A stretch of DNA of 35,329 nt, taken from IMG/VR virus record IMGVR_UViG_3300033076_000850, positions 1-35,329 of that record; one strand, written 5' to 3'. Below the pieces are notes generated by a model. That model was not told the DNA's origin and searched no databases. It saw only the letters and a list, made by a program, of their open reading frames with translations. Below, in pieces: positions 1 to 7,644 of the stretch; the first letter of the stretch is position 1, and every line of letters starts with the position of its first letter. Source of the stretch: a virus (lineage: Duplodnaviria; Caudoviricetes). A program made the position numbers and the translations under genes.

Positions 1-143
1 TTCAAACCAAGAAACACAGTGGAAACTAAGCAATCTCCAATCTTGTCATTTTTGATGATGCGCTCGTCCTTGTCGAACCAGGACGACCATTCCTTGAGCG
101 TCGCAGGCACGATTTTTCGGCCGTCCAGAACGAAATACTTCAT
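1..143 (-). CDS. Hypothetical phage protein, runs off the window edge (MKYFVLDGRKIVPATLKEWSSWF...VSTVFLGL)
   Basis: ATG at 143 overlaps the TGA of the 140..439 ORF; frame is open to the window edge. Confidence 0.65.
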   Translation of the reverse strand, partial: MKYFVLDGRKIVPATLKEWSSWFDKDERIIKNDKIGDCLVSTVFLGL

Positions 144-439
144 CGTGCGGCTTCGACGTCTTCGCGCATCTCGCACAGCTTCTCAGCATCTGCGATGAGC
201 ATCTTCATGATTTCCGGATAGGCTTTTGCGCGCGCCTCCCGCGTTGGGAACATGGCCGCCACGACCGATGACATCAGCTCTTGGACGGCCATAGATGCAA
301 TCATCCATTTCAGGCGGTTTGGCCTGTCGTCGTCTTCCACGCGACGAAAGATGTTAGAACCCATCTCAATGCGAAGAGCCTTAACCTCTTCGCCGTATTT
401 TTTGTAAAAGTCTGCCATGTTGTTTGGAATGTCATCCAC
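140..439 (-). CDS. Hypothetical protein
   Basis: Part of the 140..523 ORF; GTG at 439 follows a GGAGGG SD; tiles with neighbours. Confidence 0.6.
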   Translation of the reverse strand: MDDIPNNMADFYKKYGEEVKALRIEMGSNIFRRVEDDDRPNRLKWMIASMAVQELMSSVVAAMFPTREARAKAYPEIMKMLIADAEKLCEMREDVEAAR

Positions 440-453
440 GACCACGCCCTCCG

Positions 454-753
454 TTAATGGACACGACGGCCGACATTGTCGTCGGCGTTGGGGACTTGAA
501 TTGGCGTCACGGTGGCGCCGCACGCGTTAGAGAAGATTTCGAGGTGGGCGCGGATCGCGCCGACGCGCAACTCCTCGGGCATAGACGTGACCAACGTGCC
601 GCTCAGGGCAGCCAGCGCCGTCAAGATGTCGCCGGTCGGGAAATGACTGGGCTTGCCATCGACCTCACCGTAGTAGGCGCCGATGGTCTCGCGCAAATGC
701 GTTGCGAGCTTCGCCGCGCGCTCACGAAATTCGTTCTCTTCTTTGATGCTCAT
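454..753 (-). CDS. Hypothetical protein (99 aa)
   Basis: ORF track; CAGGAAGGG SD; begins just after the tRNA-Lys CCA. Confidence 0.7.
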   Translation of the reverse strand: MSIKEENEFRERAAKLATHLRETIGAYYGEVDGKPSHFPTGDILTALAALSGTLVTSMPEELRVGAIRAHLEIFSNACGATVTPIQVPNADDNVGRRVH

Positions 754-770
754 GTTGCCCTTCCTGCTGT

Positions 771-845
771 TGGTGAACGCGGGTGGAATCGAACCACCGA
801 CCCCAGAATTAAAAGTTCCGTGCTCTACCTCTGAGCTACGCGTCC
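771..845 (-). tRNA. tRNA-Lys(UUU)
   Basis: Minus strand GGACGCG TA GCTC AGAGGTA GAGC A CGGAA CTTTTAA TTCTG GGGTC GGTGG TTCGATT CCACC CGCGTTC A CCA: full cloverleaf, anticodon TTT, encoded CCA. Confidence 0.95.
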
Positions 846-847
846 AG

Positions 848-889
848 TTAAACGCACACGCTAACGCATATTAGCGAAGATGGGTTAGC
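848..889. promoter_or_regulatory. GCTAA-N6-TTAGC four-half-site element, copy 1 (core 860-875), upstream of tRNA-Lys
   Basis: TTAA..GCTAA CGCATA TTAGC..GTTAG; same layout in six intergenic gaps. Confidence 0.7.
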
Positions 890-918
890 GCGCTAGCGGT
901 TTCAAGCGCCCAAAAAAT

Positions 919-1236
919 TTAAACGGCCCCTCGTGCTGCGCGCACAGCGGCATCGATCGCGTCGTCCATAATCTCTTCTGCCGATTTTGGAGCCGCCACA
1001 GGGGGCGTCGCGACTAAAGCGTTGGGCCCTAAGATTTTGCCAGGAGCGTACGTTCGTAGCGCCAGCTCCCCTAGCATCGTGTCAAAATTTCTGCTCACTC
1101 GTCGTGTGCCATCAGAAAGCACTTCAACGTACGTGTTGGCCAAAGGATCGTGATACCACGTGACCACACGTGGCTCCTGTTGCTCGATAGCGCTGCGCAC
1201 CCAGGTGCTTGTTCCGTTCAACAAATACGAAGCCAT
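919..1236 (-). CDS. Hypothetical protein (105 aa)
   Basis: ORF track; CAGGAGG SD. Confidence 0.7.
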   Translation of the reverse strand: MASYLLNGTSTWVRSAIEQQEPRVVTWYHDPLANTYVEVLSDGTRRVSRNFDTMLGELALRTYAPGKILGPNALVATPPVAAPKSAEEIMDDAIDAAVRAARGAV

Positions 1237-1254
1237 CTATGCCTCCTGCTGCAA

Positions 1255-1785
1255 CTACTGTTGCTTGTGCCATGTTGCGTAGGCGTCATCATAACCCTGC
1301 CGCATGGCCTGCGCGGCCATAGCAGGCGGCACCTGCCCGGTTAGGGTGCCCATTCCAGGCATCGCGACAGTCCTGATGCTTTCGCTCATGGCCAACGCCG
1401 CGTAGATCGCGGCGCGCGTGGAAAGAAAGCAAGCAAGTTGTGTCGTCGGTCCTGGCGTCCGCATCGTCGGGGCCGCTATCACGAAGTTGGACATGGTCGA
1501 GTCTTGCACGGGCACCACGATAGCGTTGCCAACGAGAAGTTCTCCGAAGGGCTGCAACGCAACCTGCTGACGGATATCCATGTGCATCTCGTTGCCCAGC
1601 ACGCGCACGAGGTGAGCGTCGATGCCGCCTGTCATGTAGCCAAAACTGTTGGCCGGGCTGACTACGGCATCAACAGGGCTGCGAAAAATGTCTCCATGCT
1701 CGATCTCCACGTCGACGACGTCGGCAAATGACGTCCGCCACGCTTCACAAAGATCCGCATTGATGTCGCGAAGGAATAATCTCAT
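1255..1785 (-). CDS. Macro domain (ADP-ribose binding/hydrolase) protein
   Basis: Motifs GDI, DAVVSPANSFGYMTGGID, AAPTMRTP, MPGMGTLTG; ATG at 1785 overlaps the upstream TGA. Confidence 0.9.
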   Translation of the reverse strand: MRLFLRDINADLCEAWRTSFADVVDVEIEHGDIFRSPVDAVVSPANSFGYMTGGIDAHLVRVLGNEMHMDIRQQVALQPFGELLVGNAIVVPVQDSTMSNFVIAAPTMRTPGPTTQLACFLSTRAAIYAALAMSESIRTVAMPGMGTLTGQVPPAMAAQAMRQGYDDAYATWHKQQ

Positions 1786-2042
1786 GTGTTCCGCGCAAGC
1801 CAGAGAGCGGCAGCCCACGTGCACACCGATAGCTCGACAGTGTCCGCGCAATCGTTTGCGAGCAGCTTGTCCTTGAGCTTCATGATGGCGCTCCAATCCG
1901 CAGTGATCGTGCCGTTCTTGCGCATTTCAAAAATCACCTTGCCGGCCCAATACAACGCCAGCGGCGTGTCGGCCACCTCCGGCTTCGTGCTAGTCGCGGC
2001 GAATTGCACTTGCCCTGCGGTGATGCTGAACGATGTCGGCAT
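1782..2042 (-). CDS. Hypothetical protein
   Basis: ORF track; CAGGAG SD before MPTSF; stop coupled to the macro gene start. Confidence 0.6.
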   Translation of the reverse strand: MPTSFSITAGQVQFAATSTKPEVADTPLALYWAGKVIFEMRKNGTITADWSAIMKLKDKLLANDCADTVELSVCTWAAALWLARNT

Positions 2043-2667
2043 TTTTGTTCTCCTGCTTTCTTTTTCTAAGTTCATAGTTTGCTAGTTGAGATGGCGTGAC
2101 GCCCACGCGAAAGGCGGCCTTAGCTTTTGAAATGCCCTCCGCTTCAGCCAACTCTAAAGCCTGCTGATAGAGGTGGGCTTTGCGGCTTAGACTTGTGTCC
2201 AGGCCTTTCTCGCGCAACGCTTTGGCGACTGTGTCTGCTGAGAAACCGGACACCTGAGCGATGCGCCCGATACTCAAACCTCTCTGAAACATCTGCACCC
2301 AGCGCGCGTGATCCTGCGCCGTCGCAAACTTTTTCCGCGCTTCAGCTCCATCTCGTCTGCGTGCCCAATACGAGACGAAGTTCTGTCTGACCCCAAGTTC
2401 GGCCGCCAGTGCCTTGTACTCAATGTCGGGCTGCTCAGCGAGGCGTGCCCAAATGACTTCAATCAATGGTTTAATTTTGGACACGAGCTTCTCTTTTCGG
2501 TGCCCATCGAAACCCATCTTCCTAGCCCACATTGATACAGTGGACCTCGCTAAGTTATGGCGTTGCGCCAACTCAGCGTGCGACACCATCGGGTCGTCTA
2601 AAAGACTCCGACGAATGGCCTCCTTCGCTTCCGCAAATTGCTTCTTCTTCTCGTGGTCATGCATCAT
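1990..2667 (-). CDS. Multi-HTH DNA-binding protein
   Basis: Four HTH-like segments: SHAELAQRHNLARSTVSMW, YKALAAELGVRQNFVSYW, SIGRIAQVSGFSADTVAKAL, SKAKAAFRVGVTPSQL. Confidence 0.7.
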   Translation of the reverse strand: MMHDHEKKKQFAEAKEAIRRSLLDDPMVSHAELAQRHNLARSTVSMWARKMGFDGHRKEKLVSKIKPLIEVIWARLAEQPDIEYKALAAELGVRQNFVSYWARRRDGAEARKKFATAQDHARWVQMFQRGLSIGRIAQVSGFSADTVAKALREKGLDTSLSRKAHLYQQALELAEAEGISKAKAAFRVGVTPSQLANYELRKRKQENKNADIVQHHRRASAIRRD

Positions 2668-3440
2668 TTTTCTCCCAATTGCCGCAGTCGCTTGAGTAGC
2701 GCTGGCTGTACCTGCGTGTATGGACGATCCAGTTTTTGGGCAATCGATTGGCAGGTATACCCCTCCCTCCATAACGTGACCGCAGTTTGCAGGTCTTCTT
2801 CGCTCATCGGCCTTGCCCGGCTGCTTCGCGTCCACACCATGTCTGGGCTTCTGATTGCTTCAACGTACGCTTTGACCACATCCGCCGGCATATCCATCAG
2901 TTGCGCTATCCGCTGTGATTTGTAGCCGCGGTGCGCAAGCGCATAGATGCGGCGCGCCAGCGTGAGCCGCTCCGGCTCTGCCAAGAGAAATTCTCTGGTC
3001 ACGGCGACGGGTTCTTTTTTGCGCCTGCGCAGGCGAGGCAATTGCATCTCGCGCCGGATACGGCTGACCATGTTCATCGGCAAATCGAACTCGCGCGCAA
3101 GGTCGCTTGTGCGCCGCTCGGGATCGTTCCGAAGAGCGGCACGCACGCGGTTGCTTTTGGAGTCAGCGTTTTGCCATCTATTTTGGGCCGCTTGTTTTCG
3201 CACAGCTCTAAACTTCTCTTTGTTTTTGGCGACCTGCGGCTTGATCCGCACGTCTTGCCAGATCAGGTCATGCCAACGTCGCTGCGCAGCAAGGCGCGCA
3301 ATCTCTTCTTTGCGTTCAACGCTGAGCCCAAGCCTGCTTGGCGAACCCGCTGGCGCGGCAACACGCGCTGCGACGGCCTTGATGTGCTCCTGGCACAGCT
3401 CGCAAGCATCTGGGTCAAGATGGTGGCGGCAGGTCTTCAT
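2664..3440 (-). CDS. Multi-HTH DNA-binding protein with N-terminal Cys/His motif
   Basis: CRHH..C..C at the N terminus; HTH-like TSDLAREFDLPMNMVSRIR, SQRIAQLMDMPADVV, CQSIAQKLDRPYTQV. Confidence 0.7.
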   Translation of the reverse strand: MKTCRHHLDPDACELCQEHIKAVAARVAAPAGSPSRLGLSVERKEEIARLAAQRRWHDLIWQDVRIKPQVAKNKEKFRAVRKQAAQNRWQNADSKSNRVRAALRNDPERRTSDLAREFDLPMNMVSRIRREMQLPRLRRRKKEPVAVTREFLLAEPERLTLARRIYALAHRGYKSQRIAQLMDMPADVVKAYVEAIRSPDMVWTRSSRARPMSEEDLQTAVTLWREGYTCQSIAQKLDRPYTQVQPALLKRLRQLGEK

Positions 3441-3441
3441 T

Positions 3442-3609
3442 TCAGATCAGCACAAAAATCGGCTGCCCAAGGTTGGGTTGTCCGCATTTGGAAAGATCGA
3501 CCATGTCGTACGCTCCTGCTGCTACGAAGCAGTTTTGCAATTCGGCGCGTGATCTGCTGATCACGCCGACGTCTCGTTGCGCCTGATGGCGCGTCTCTCT
3601 GAATTGCAA
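3442..3609 (-). CDS. Possible small hypothetical protein
   Basis: Fills the gap between tiled minus-strand genes; start codon uncertain. Confidence 0.3.
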   Translation of the reverse strand: MQFRETRHQAQRDVGVISRSRAELQNCFVAAGAYDMVDLSKCGQPNLGQPIFVLI

Positions 3610-3616
3610 ATGCGGC

Positions 3617-3880
3617 TTAGTGCTTGCGAGCTTTCGGCTTAATGGCAATCTTGGCTGTGTAGCCAGATTTTTGCGCAAGCATTTGAAGCGTAAACTCTAC
3701 AGCGGCTTCCCGTTTCTGCGGATCGGGGTGATCCGACAGAACATCCGAAGCCATCTTCACAGCAGAGGCAATGACGTCCATGCTGTCTATACGCCTGCCG
3801 TCAAAATGGTCACGAATGACCGCGTTGAACTTTTCATCGAGATCTGTGTCGGTTGGTAGAAAATCCCTTGTTTCACTCAT
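3617..3880 (-). CDS. Hypothetical protein
   Basis: ORF track; start MSETRDF overlaps the upstream stop. Confidence 0.65.
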   Translation of the reverse strand: MSETRDFLPTDTDLDEKFNAVIRDHFDGRRIDSMDVIASAVKMASDVLSDHPDPQKREAAVEFTLQMLAQKSGYTAKIAIKPKARKH

Positions 3881-4226
3881 GGCGGCCCATCTTTCTTTTG
3901 CGGTATTCGGCAAGCGTAATGATGCGACCCAATTTGCCGCTCTCTACCGACAGCGCCATCGCCTCTGCCTCTGTCGGCGGCTTCGTGGTTGCAATCGGCC
4001 CAAATACAGGATGCGCACAACGATACAGCTTCTCGACGCGCGCTCGGACGTCATCGGAGTAATAGCCCGCAAAGTAACCAAGGTTCTCTTTGATCGTCTC
4101 GATGGCCTCGTCGCGCCGCATGTTGGCGTTTTCTACAATACACTCCTGCACAAGCTGCTCGAACATCCGGTCCGCGGCATCCTGGTCCTCGACCGCGATG
4201 GCCTGCTCAAATTTCGAGATGCTCAT
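3873..4226 (-). CDS. Hypothetical protein
   Basis: ORF track; GGAGAAGGG SD; coupled start and stop. Confidence 0.7.
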   Translation of the reverse strand: MSISKFEQAIAVEDQDAADRMFEQLVQECIVENANMRRDEAIETIKENLGYFAGYYSDDVRARVEKLYRCAHPVFGPIATTKPPTEAEAMALSVESGKLGRIITLAEYRKRKMGRHE

Positions 4227-4441
4227 TTGCCCTTCTCCAGCATTTGCCGCCACTGTGCCACCATAGCGGCGTCGTCTTCACGGATCTGCCGGGCAACATC
4301 GTCCGCCGGGACGCGATACCGTATGATCAGATCTTCTGCAGAGATTGCCGAGAAGCTAAAGCGTGCCTCGCGAAGAGCCTTCCGGACTACGCGTGGCAGA
4401 CGGTCGTAGGCTTCCATGCCCGCTCTTGGGTCGGACTTCAT
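4223..4441 (-). CDS. Small hypothetical protein (DUF6525-like, MEAYDRLP..VRKAL)
   Basis: AGGAGG SD; family resemblance from memory only. Confidence 0.55.
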   Translation of the reverse strand: MKSDPRAGMEAYDRLPRVVRKALREARFSFSAISAEDLIIRYRVPADDVARQIREDDAAMVAQWRQMLEKGK

Positions 4442-4709
4442 CCGATACCCTCCTACCGCGACTGTGTTCAACATACTGGAACCCCTGCTTTGTCAGTGTG
4501 TACATGGTCCGGCACCTCGTATTGCCCGCGAAGGGCCGGGAATGGCGATTAAGGTAGCCGTTGATAGCCAGCGACTCCAGGCGCTGCTTGACCTTTTCCG
4601 CAGATAAGCGCAAGCGCTTCGCCAATTCGGACGGCGTCGGCGGCCGACGCAATTCGTCCTGCATTTGCAAGAATGCCGGCAGCATCCAGTACGATTTGTA
4701 GTCGCTCAT
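4356..4709 (-). CDS. Winged-helix DNA-binding protein (LexA N-terminal-like)
   Basis: RPPTPSELAKRLRLS..VKQRLESLAINGYL..YTLTKQG pattern. Confidence 0.7.
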   Translation of the reverse strand: MSDYKSYWMLPAFLQMQDELRRPPTPSELAKRLRLSAEKVKQRLESLAINGYLNRHSRPFAGNTRCRTMYTLTKQGFQYVEHSRGRRVSDEVRPKSGHGSLRPSATRSPEGSSRGTL

Positions 4710-4720
4710 ATGGTCCCCTG

Positions 4721-4761
4721 TTAAACGCGCGTGCTAATGGTACTTAGCGACAAGACGCTAG
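4721..4761. promoter_or_regulatory. GCTAA-N6-TTAGC element, copy 2 (core 4733-4748)
   Basis: TTAA..GCTAA TGGTAC TTAGC..GCTAG. Confidence 0.7.
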
Positions 4762-5165
4762 AACGGATCGATATGGTCGATGAACGTAAAATTGTTCTCG
4801 TCGTAGCCGCCGTGGTTTTGCTGGCCGCTGTACTCGTCGCGTGACCACTGCAATTCGACGTACGTTTTCCGTGTGTCGAAGTCGCTTAGCCGGTAGCCCA
4901 GCACGCGTGCAATAGCACCCTCACGAGCCGACATCGTGCTCGTGCCTGATGTCAGCATCACGTAGTCGTAGGCGTCAAACCGACCCCGCAGGCCCGGCGT
5001 AACAGCCTTCCGTATGCGTTGCACATAGGCGCGCTCTTGAGGAGTTTGTGGCTCCACAAAATTGCGTACGCGCGCCAGGATCTCCTTTCCGGGGATCACG
5101 GCAGACGTGGGGTTGATCTCGTAGGCAATCTCGGCAGCCAGGGCCGCCCAACGGGGGTCGGTCAT
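4758..5165 (-). CDS. Hypothetical protein (135 aa)
   Basis: ORF track; CAGGAG SD; coupled to the upstream stop. Confidence 0.7.
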   Translation of the reverse strand: MTDPRWAALAAEIAYEINPTSAVIPGKEILARVRNFVEPQTPQERAYVQRIRKAVTPGLRGRFDAYDYVMLTSGTSTMSAREGAIARVLGYRLSDFDTRKTYVELQWSRDEYSGQQNHGGYDENNFTFIDHIDPF

Positions 5166-5392
5166 GGCTCAACTCCTGCAATCGCGTGGGCCGCGCGCAC
5201 GAGGCTGCGGGCCAGAAACTCGCGCTCGTAGGTGCGGATGACCTCGCTCCAGCGCTCATTGCGCGTGAGGTAGCCGGGCCCTAGCGGGTTCGGCTTGAAG
5301 CGGTTGGCGTCGGCCTGCTGGCCTGCGTACGCGCGCTTCAGGTGCTGCGCGAGGGTGTCATCGGACAGAAAGTGGAGTGGGGTAGGTTGCAC
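5162..5392 (-). CDS. Hypothetical protein
   Basis: GTG at 5392 after GGAGGGCAAGCC. Confidence 0.6.
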   Translation of the reverse strand: MQPTPLHFLSDDTLAQHLKRAYAGQQADANRFKPNPLGPGYLTRNERWSEVIRTYEREFLARSLVRAAHAIAGVEP

Positions 5393-5417
5393 AGGCTTGC
5401 CCTCCTGCTGAGATGGA

Positions 5418-5437
5418 GGCGGGGCCGAAGCCCCGCC
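5418..5437 (-). other. Stable C(UUCG)G hairpin between genes
   Basis: Minus strand GGCGGGGC TTCG GCCCCGCC just after the 5443 stop; no U tract. Confidence 0.65.
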
Positions 5438-5442
5438 GATTG

Positions 5443-5790
5443 TCAGGCTTTGCAAAACACCGGACGCGGATCGCGCCAGCGCTCGGGAACAGACAGACGC
5501 TGCCATTCACGGTCGGCGACGTCGTCACCGTAAATGGCGCGAACGCTGTTCAGGTAATTGTGCTCGGCTTCGATGCGCGCATCGTTTGCCAGCCACCGTA
5601 CGTTGCACTCGCGCTCCACGCGACCAAGATCCTCGCCAGCAACACGCTGCGCGCGGAACTGATGACCGGTAAGACGGCGCAGACGCACGATGTGATGAAT
5701 GACATCGCGGCGCGTGCCCTTGCCGTAGTAGACGGCCGGGGACGCTTCGCCTGCTGTAAACTGGTAGACTTTGAGTTCTTCGGCTTCCAT
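5443..5790 (-). CDS. Hypothetical protein
   Basis: ATG at 5790 after GGAGGGCAAGCC. Confidence 0.65.
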   Translation of the reverse strand: MEAEELKVYQFTAGEASPAVYYGKGTRRDVIHHIVRLRRLTGHQFRAQRVAGEDLGRVERECNVRWLANDARIEAEHNYLNSVRAIYGDDVADREWQRLSVPERWRDPRPVFCKA

Positions 5791-5822
5791 TGGCTTGCCC
5801 TCCAATGTGTGAGTGATGTCGC

Positions 5823-5851
5823 ACCCTACCTGCGTCGGGCGTGTATGTCAA
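5823..5851 (-). promoter_or_regulatory. Sigma70-like promoter
   Basis: TTGACA-N17-TAGGGT on the minus strand, upstream of 5443..5790. Confidence 0.6.
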
Positions 5852-5883
5852 GCGTCATACGGACTATCTGGTATTTTCTGAAT

Positions 5884-5960
5884 TGGCGAACGCGGCTGGG
5901 CTCGAACCAGCGACCCCGGGATTAGAAGGCCCGTGCTCTATCCGACTGAGCTACGCGTCC
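5884..5960 (-). tRNA. tRNA-Arg(UCU)
   Basis: Minus strand GGACGCG TA GCTC AGTCGGATA GAGC A CGGGC CTTCTAA TCCCG GGGTC GCTGG TTCGAGC CCAGC CGCGTTC G CCA; anticodon TCT, A20, C31-U39 mismatch. Confidence 0.92.
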
Positions 5961-6217
5961 GTGTTGGGCTCTGGCTGCCATTCCGAGCAGACCGCCATGT
6001 CGAGAACGATTAATGGTCGATCGATGTCGGGGCCTACGTCGGGATGCATGCAAGCGAGCTTGCCTCTGGCGCGCCGCTTGGTGGCTGGGTCTCGTTTCCA
6101 AATCCCTGGTTCCCACCAGCGCGTGCGCACGCGGTCTCCCTTGTATTCGACGGTCGCCTTGAAGCGGCACGTGCCGCAGCGCTTCTCGACCGGCGGTGTC
6201 TCGTGAAAGTCGTCCAT
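5951..6217 (-). CDS. Cys-containing hypothetical protein
   Basis: GGAGG SD; CGTC..C..C..W pattern; stop codon lies inside tRNA-Arg. Confidence 0.6.
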   Translation of the reverse strand: MDDFHETPPVEKRCGTCRFKATVEYKGDRVRTRWWEPGIWKRDPATKRRARGKLACMHPDVGPDIDRPLIVLDMAVCSEWQPEPNTDA

Positions 6218-6234
6218 TTTAATCCTCCAAGTTG

Positions 6235-6771
6235 TCACCACCATTGTGGATACCTGAGATCTGGTCCGTATTCCTCGGTCAAAAGCTCGTCGCATAGCTC
6301 TTCGTAATGCTGCGGGTTGGCCTCGCGCCAATCAGCGAGGGTCATGCATTCATCGCAGACGCACTCGTCATTCGCGAGCACGTGGTAATCGTCAGGCCAG
6401 ACTTCGTCCGCGCCGCAGCGTTCGCAGTCATTGATCCATCCTGCAATGAGTGCGGCCTTGTTTCTGCCGGTGGTCTCCAGCTTGTCGTCGAGAGACCTGA
6501 CGCGATGACCCTCCGGGTGACGGCAATCGTCGCAGGTCTCGTCGGTGTCTGGATCGCATTCGCAATAATCGCCATTGACGCTGCGCCACTCTGCTACGGC
6601 GTCCTTCAACGTCGGCGCACGCGTAAGAATCCAGTCTCGGCCTTCCTCTGTGCCCACCGCCCAGACTGGGTCAAGCGCAACGGGCGTCATCGGCGCGGGT
6701 GCCGCGACGGTAGGCACGAGCGGCGCAACTGCCACTGCTGCAGTGCCCATAAGAAATTGCCTGCGGTCCAT
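6235..6771 (-). CDS. Cys-rich protein with twin-arginine-like N terminus
   Basis: MDRRQFL plus hydrophobic stretch; four CxC/CxxC pairs; GGAGGAG SD. Confidence 0.7.
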   Translation of the reverse strand: MDRRQFLMGTAAVAVAPLVPTVAAPAPMTPVALDPVWAVGTEEGRDWILTRAPTLKDAVAEWRSVNGDYCECDPDTDETCDDCRHPEGHRVRSLDDKLETTGRNKAALIAGWINDCERCGADEVWPDDYHVLANDECVCDECMTLADWREANPQHYEELCDELLTEEYGPDLRYPQWW

Positions 6772-6772
6772 T

Positions 6773-6976
6773 TTACTCCTCCGGGTTGTTCAACAACCAC
6801 TCTGCGGCGACGATGTCGTCCCGCGCGACCTCGCGCCAGTTCGCGTCGGGGCAATACTTCGCGGCAAACACCAGCCGCCGCAGTGCGGCCTCAAGAGCCG
6901 CAACGCGGTTGATCATGCGCTCCTCGGGCTCCGTTGCGATCCGGTGCGCGTCGCCGTCTTTCACGGTGTGCTGCAT
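6773..6976 (-). CDS. Hypothetical protein (67 aa)
   Basis: AGGAGG SD; tiles with neighbours. Confidence 0.65.
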   Translation of the reverse strand: MQHTVKDGDAHRIATEPEERMINRVAALEAALRRLVFAAKYCPDANWREVARDDIVAAEWLLNNPEE

Positions 6977-6985
6977 GCTCGCCTC

Positions 6986-7026
6986 CTAAACGTGTTTGCT
7001 AATAGCAATTAGCGGCGCTTGGTTAG
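6986..7026. promoter_or_regulatory. GCTAA-N6-TTAGC element, copy 3 (core 6998-7013)
   Basis: CTAA..GCTAA TAGCAA TTAGC..GTTAG. Confidence 0.7.
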
Positions 7027-7250
7027 TTTGATCTGATCTGCTGCTCTGGGCGCTCGCAATCAACTAAGACGGTTGCGACAGCGTCTGCGGAAAACCGAAT
7101 GATCACTTGGCGTAGGCCGTCAAAAGCAATTAAGCGATACATGCCGTCTTCATCGACCTTAAACAATTGGACGCAGGCGCCTGACATCTCGTTGACCATA
7201 TATAGAAACCCTACGACGTCGTCGTTCGTCTCAACACTGATTGCGGTCAT
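7023..7250 (-). CDS. Hypothetical protein
   Basis: GGAGGT SD before MTAISVE. Confidence 0.6.
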   Translation of the reverse strand: MTAISVETNDDVVGFLYMVNEMSGACVQLFKVDEDGMYRLIAFDGLRQVIIRFSADAVATVLVDCERPEQQIRSN

Positions 7251-7354
7251 TTCATTACCTCCAGTTCGTACTCGACCAGCTTGATCAGCCGTGCTGCGGC
7301 GCGCCGCTCGCGGAGCATCCGCAATAGACGTCGCCGCCGCCACCGCCGGATCAT
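7247..7354 (-). CDS. Putative 35-aa arginine-rich peptide (MIRRWRRRRLLRMLRERRAAARLIKLVEYELEVMK)
   Basis: Translated by hand; fills the gap exactly and its TGA overlaps the next ATG; below the ORF-track cutoff. Confidence 0.45.
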   Translation of the reverse strand: MIRRWRRRRLLRMLRERRAAARLIKLVEYELEVMK

Positions 7355-7357
7355 TAC

Positions 7358-7621
7358 TTAAGCCTCGAACCCTGCGCGCGGCGCGAGCCCGCAATAGCCA
7401 TGGCGAGGCTCGTCCTGCGTAACCCACCTCCACGCCATGCACCCAGATCCGACGCAGCACGAATTGACTGTGTACGAGGCCATTTCGGTGGGCTCAGCCT
7501 CGTTTGAGTGAAAAACTTGAACTTTGTGCCCTTGCGCTGCCATCTGCAGGCGGACGGCGATCAGCATCATCGGGGGGCCGCAGCACTGTTTGTTCCGGGC
7601 CTGCGCTTCGGTGGTGTACAT
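7358..7621 (-). CDS. Cys-rich hypothetical protein
   Basis: CCGP..CVGSGCMAWRW..GYCGLA; CAGGAGAGG SD; first gene after ncRNA copy 1. Confidence 0.75.
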   Translation of the reverse strand: MYTTEAQARNKQCCGPPMMLIAVRLQMAAQGHKVQVFHSNEAEPTEMASYTVNSCCVGSGCMAWRWVTQDEPRHGYCGLAPRAGFEA

Positions 7622-7644
7622 CTGCCTCTCCTGTTGTCTTCCGT

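Noticed and set aside
5884-5960. Amber suppressor reading (CTA) of the second tRNA
   Set aside because: Shifting the loop by one base destroys the anticodon stem. The TCT register gives U33, A37 and Arg identity A20, and TAG stops tile normally in this genome.
771-5960. tRNA 3' ends as prophage att sites
   Set aside because: No integrase, no duplicated tRNA 3' fragment and no host genes in the window.
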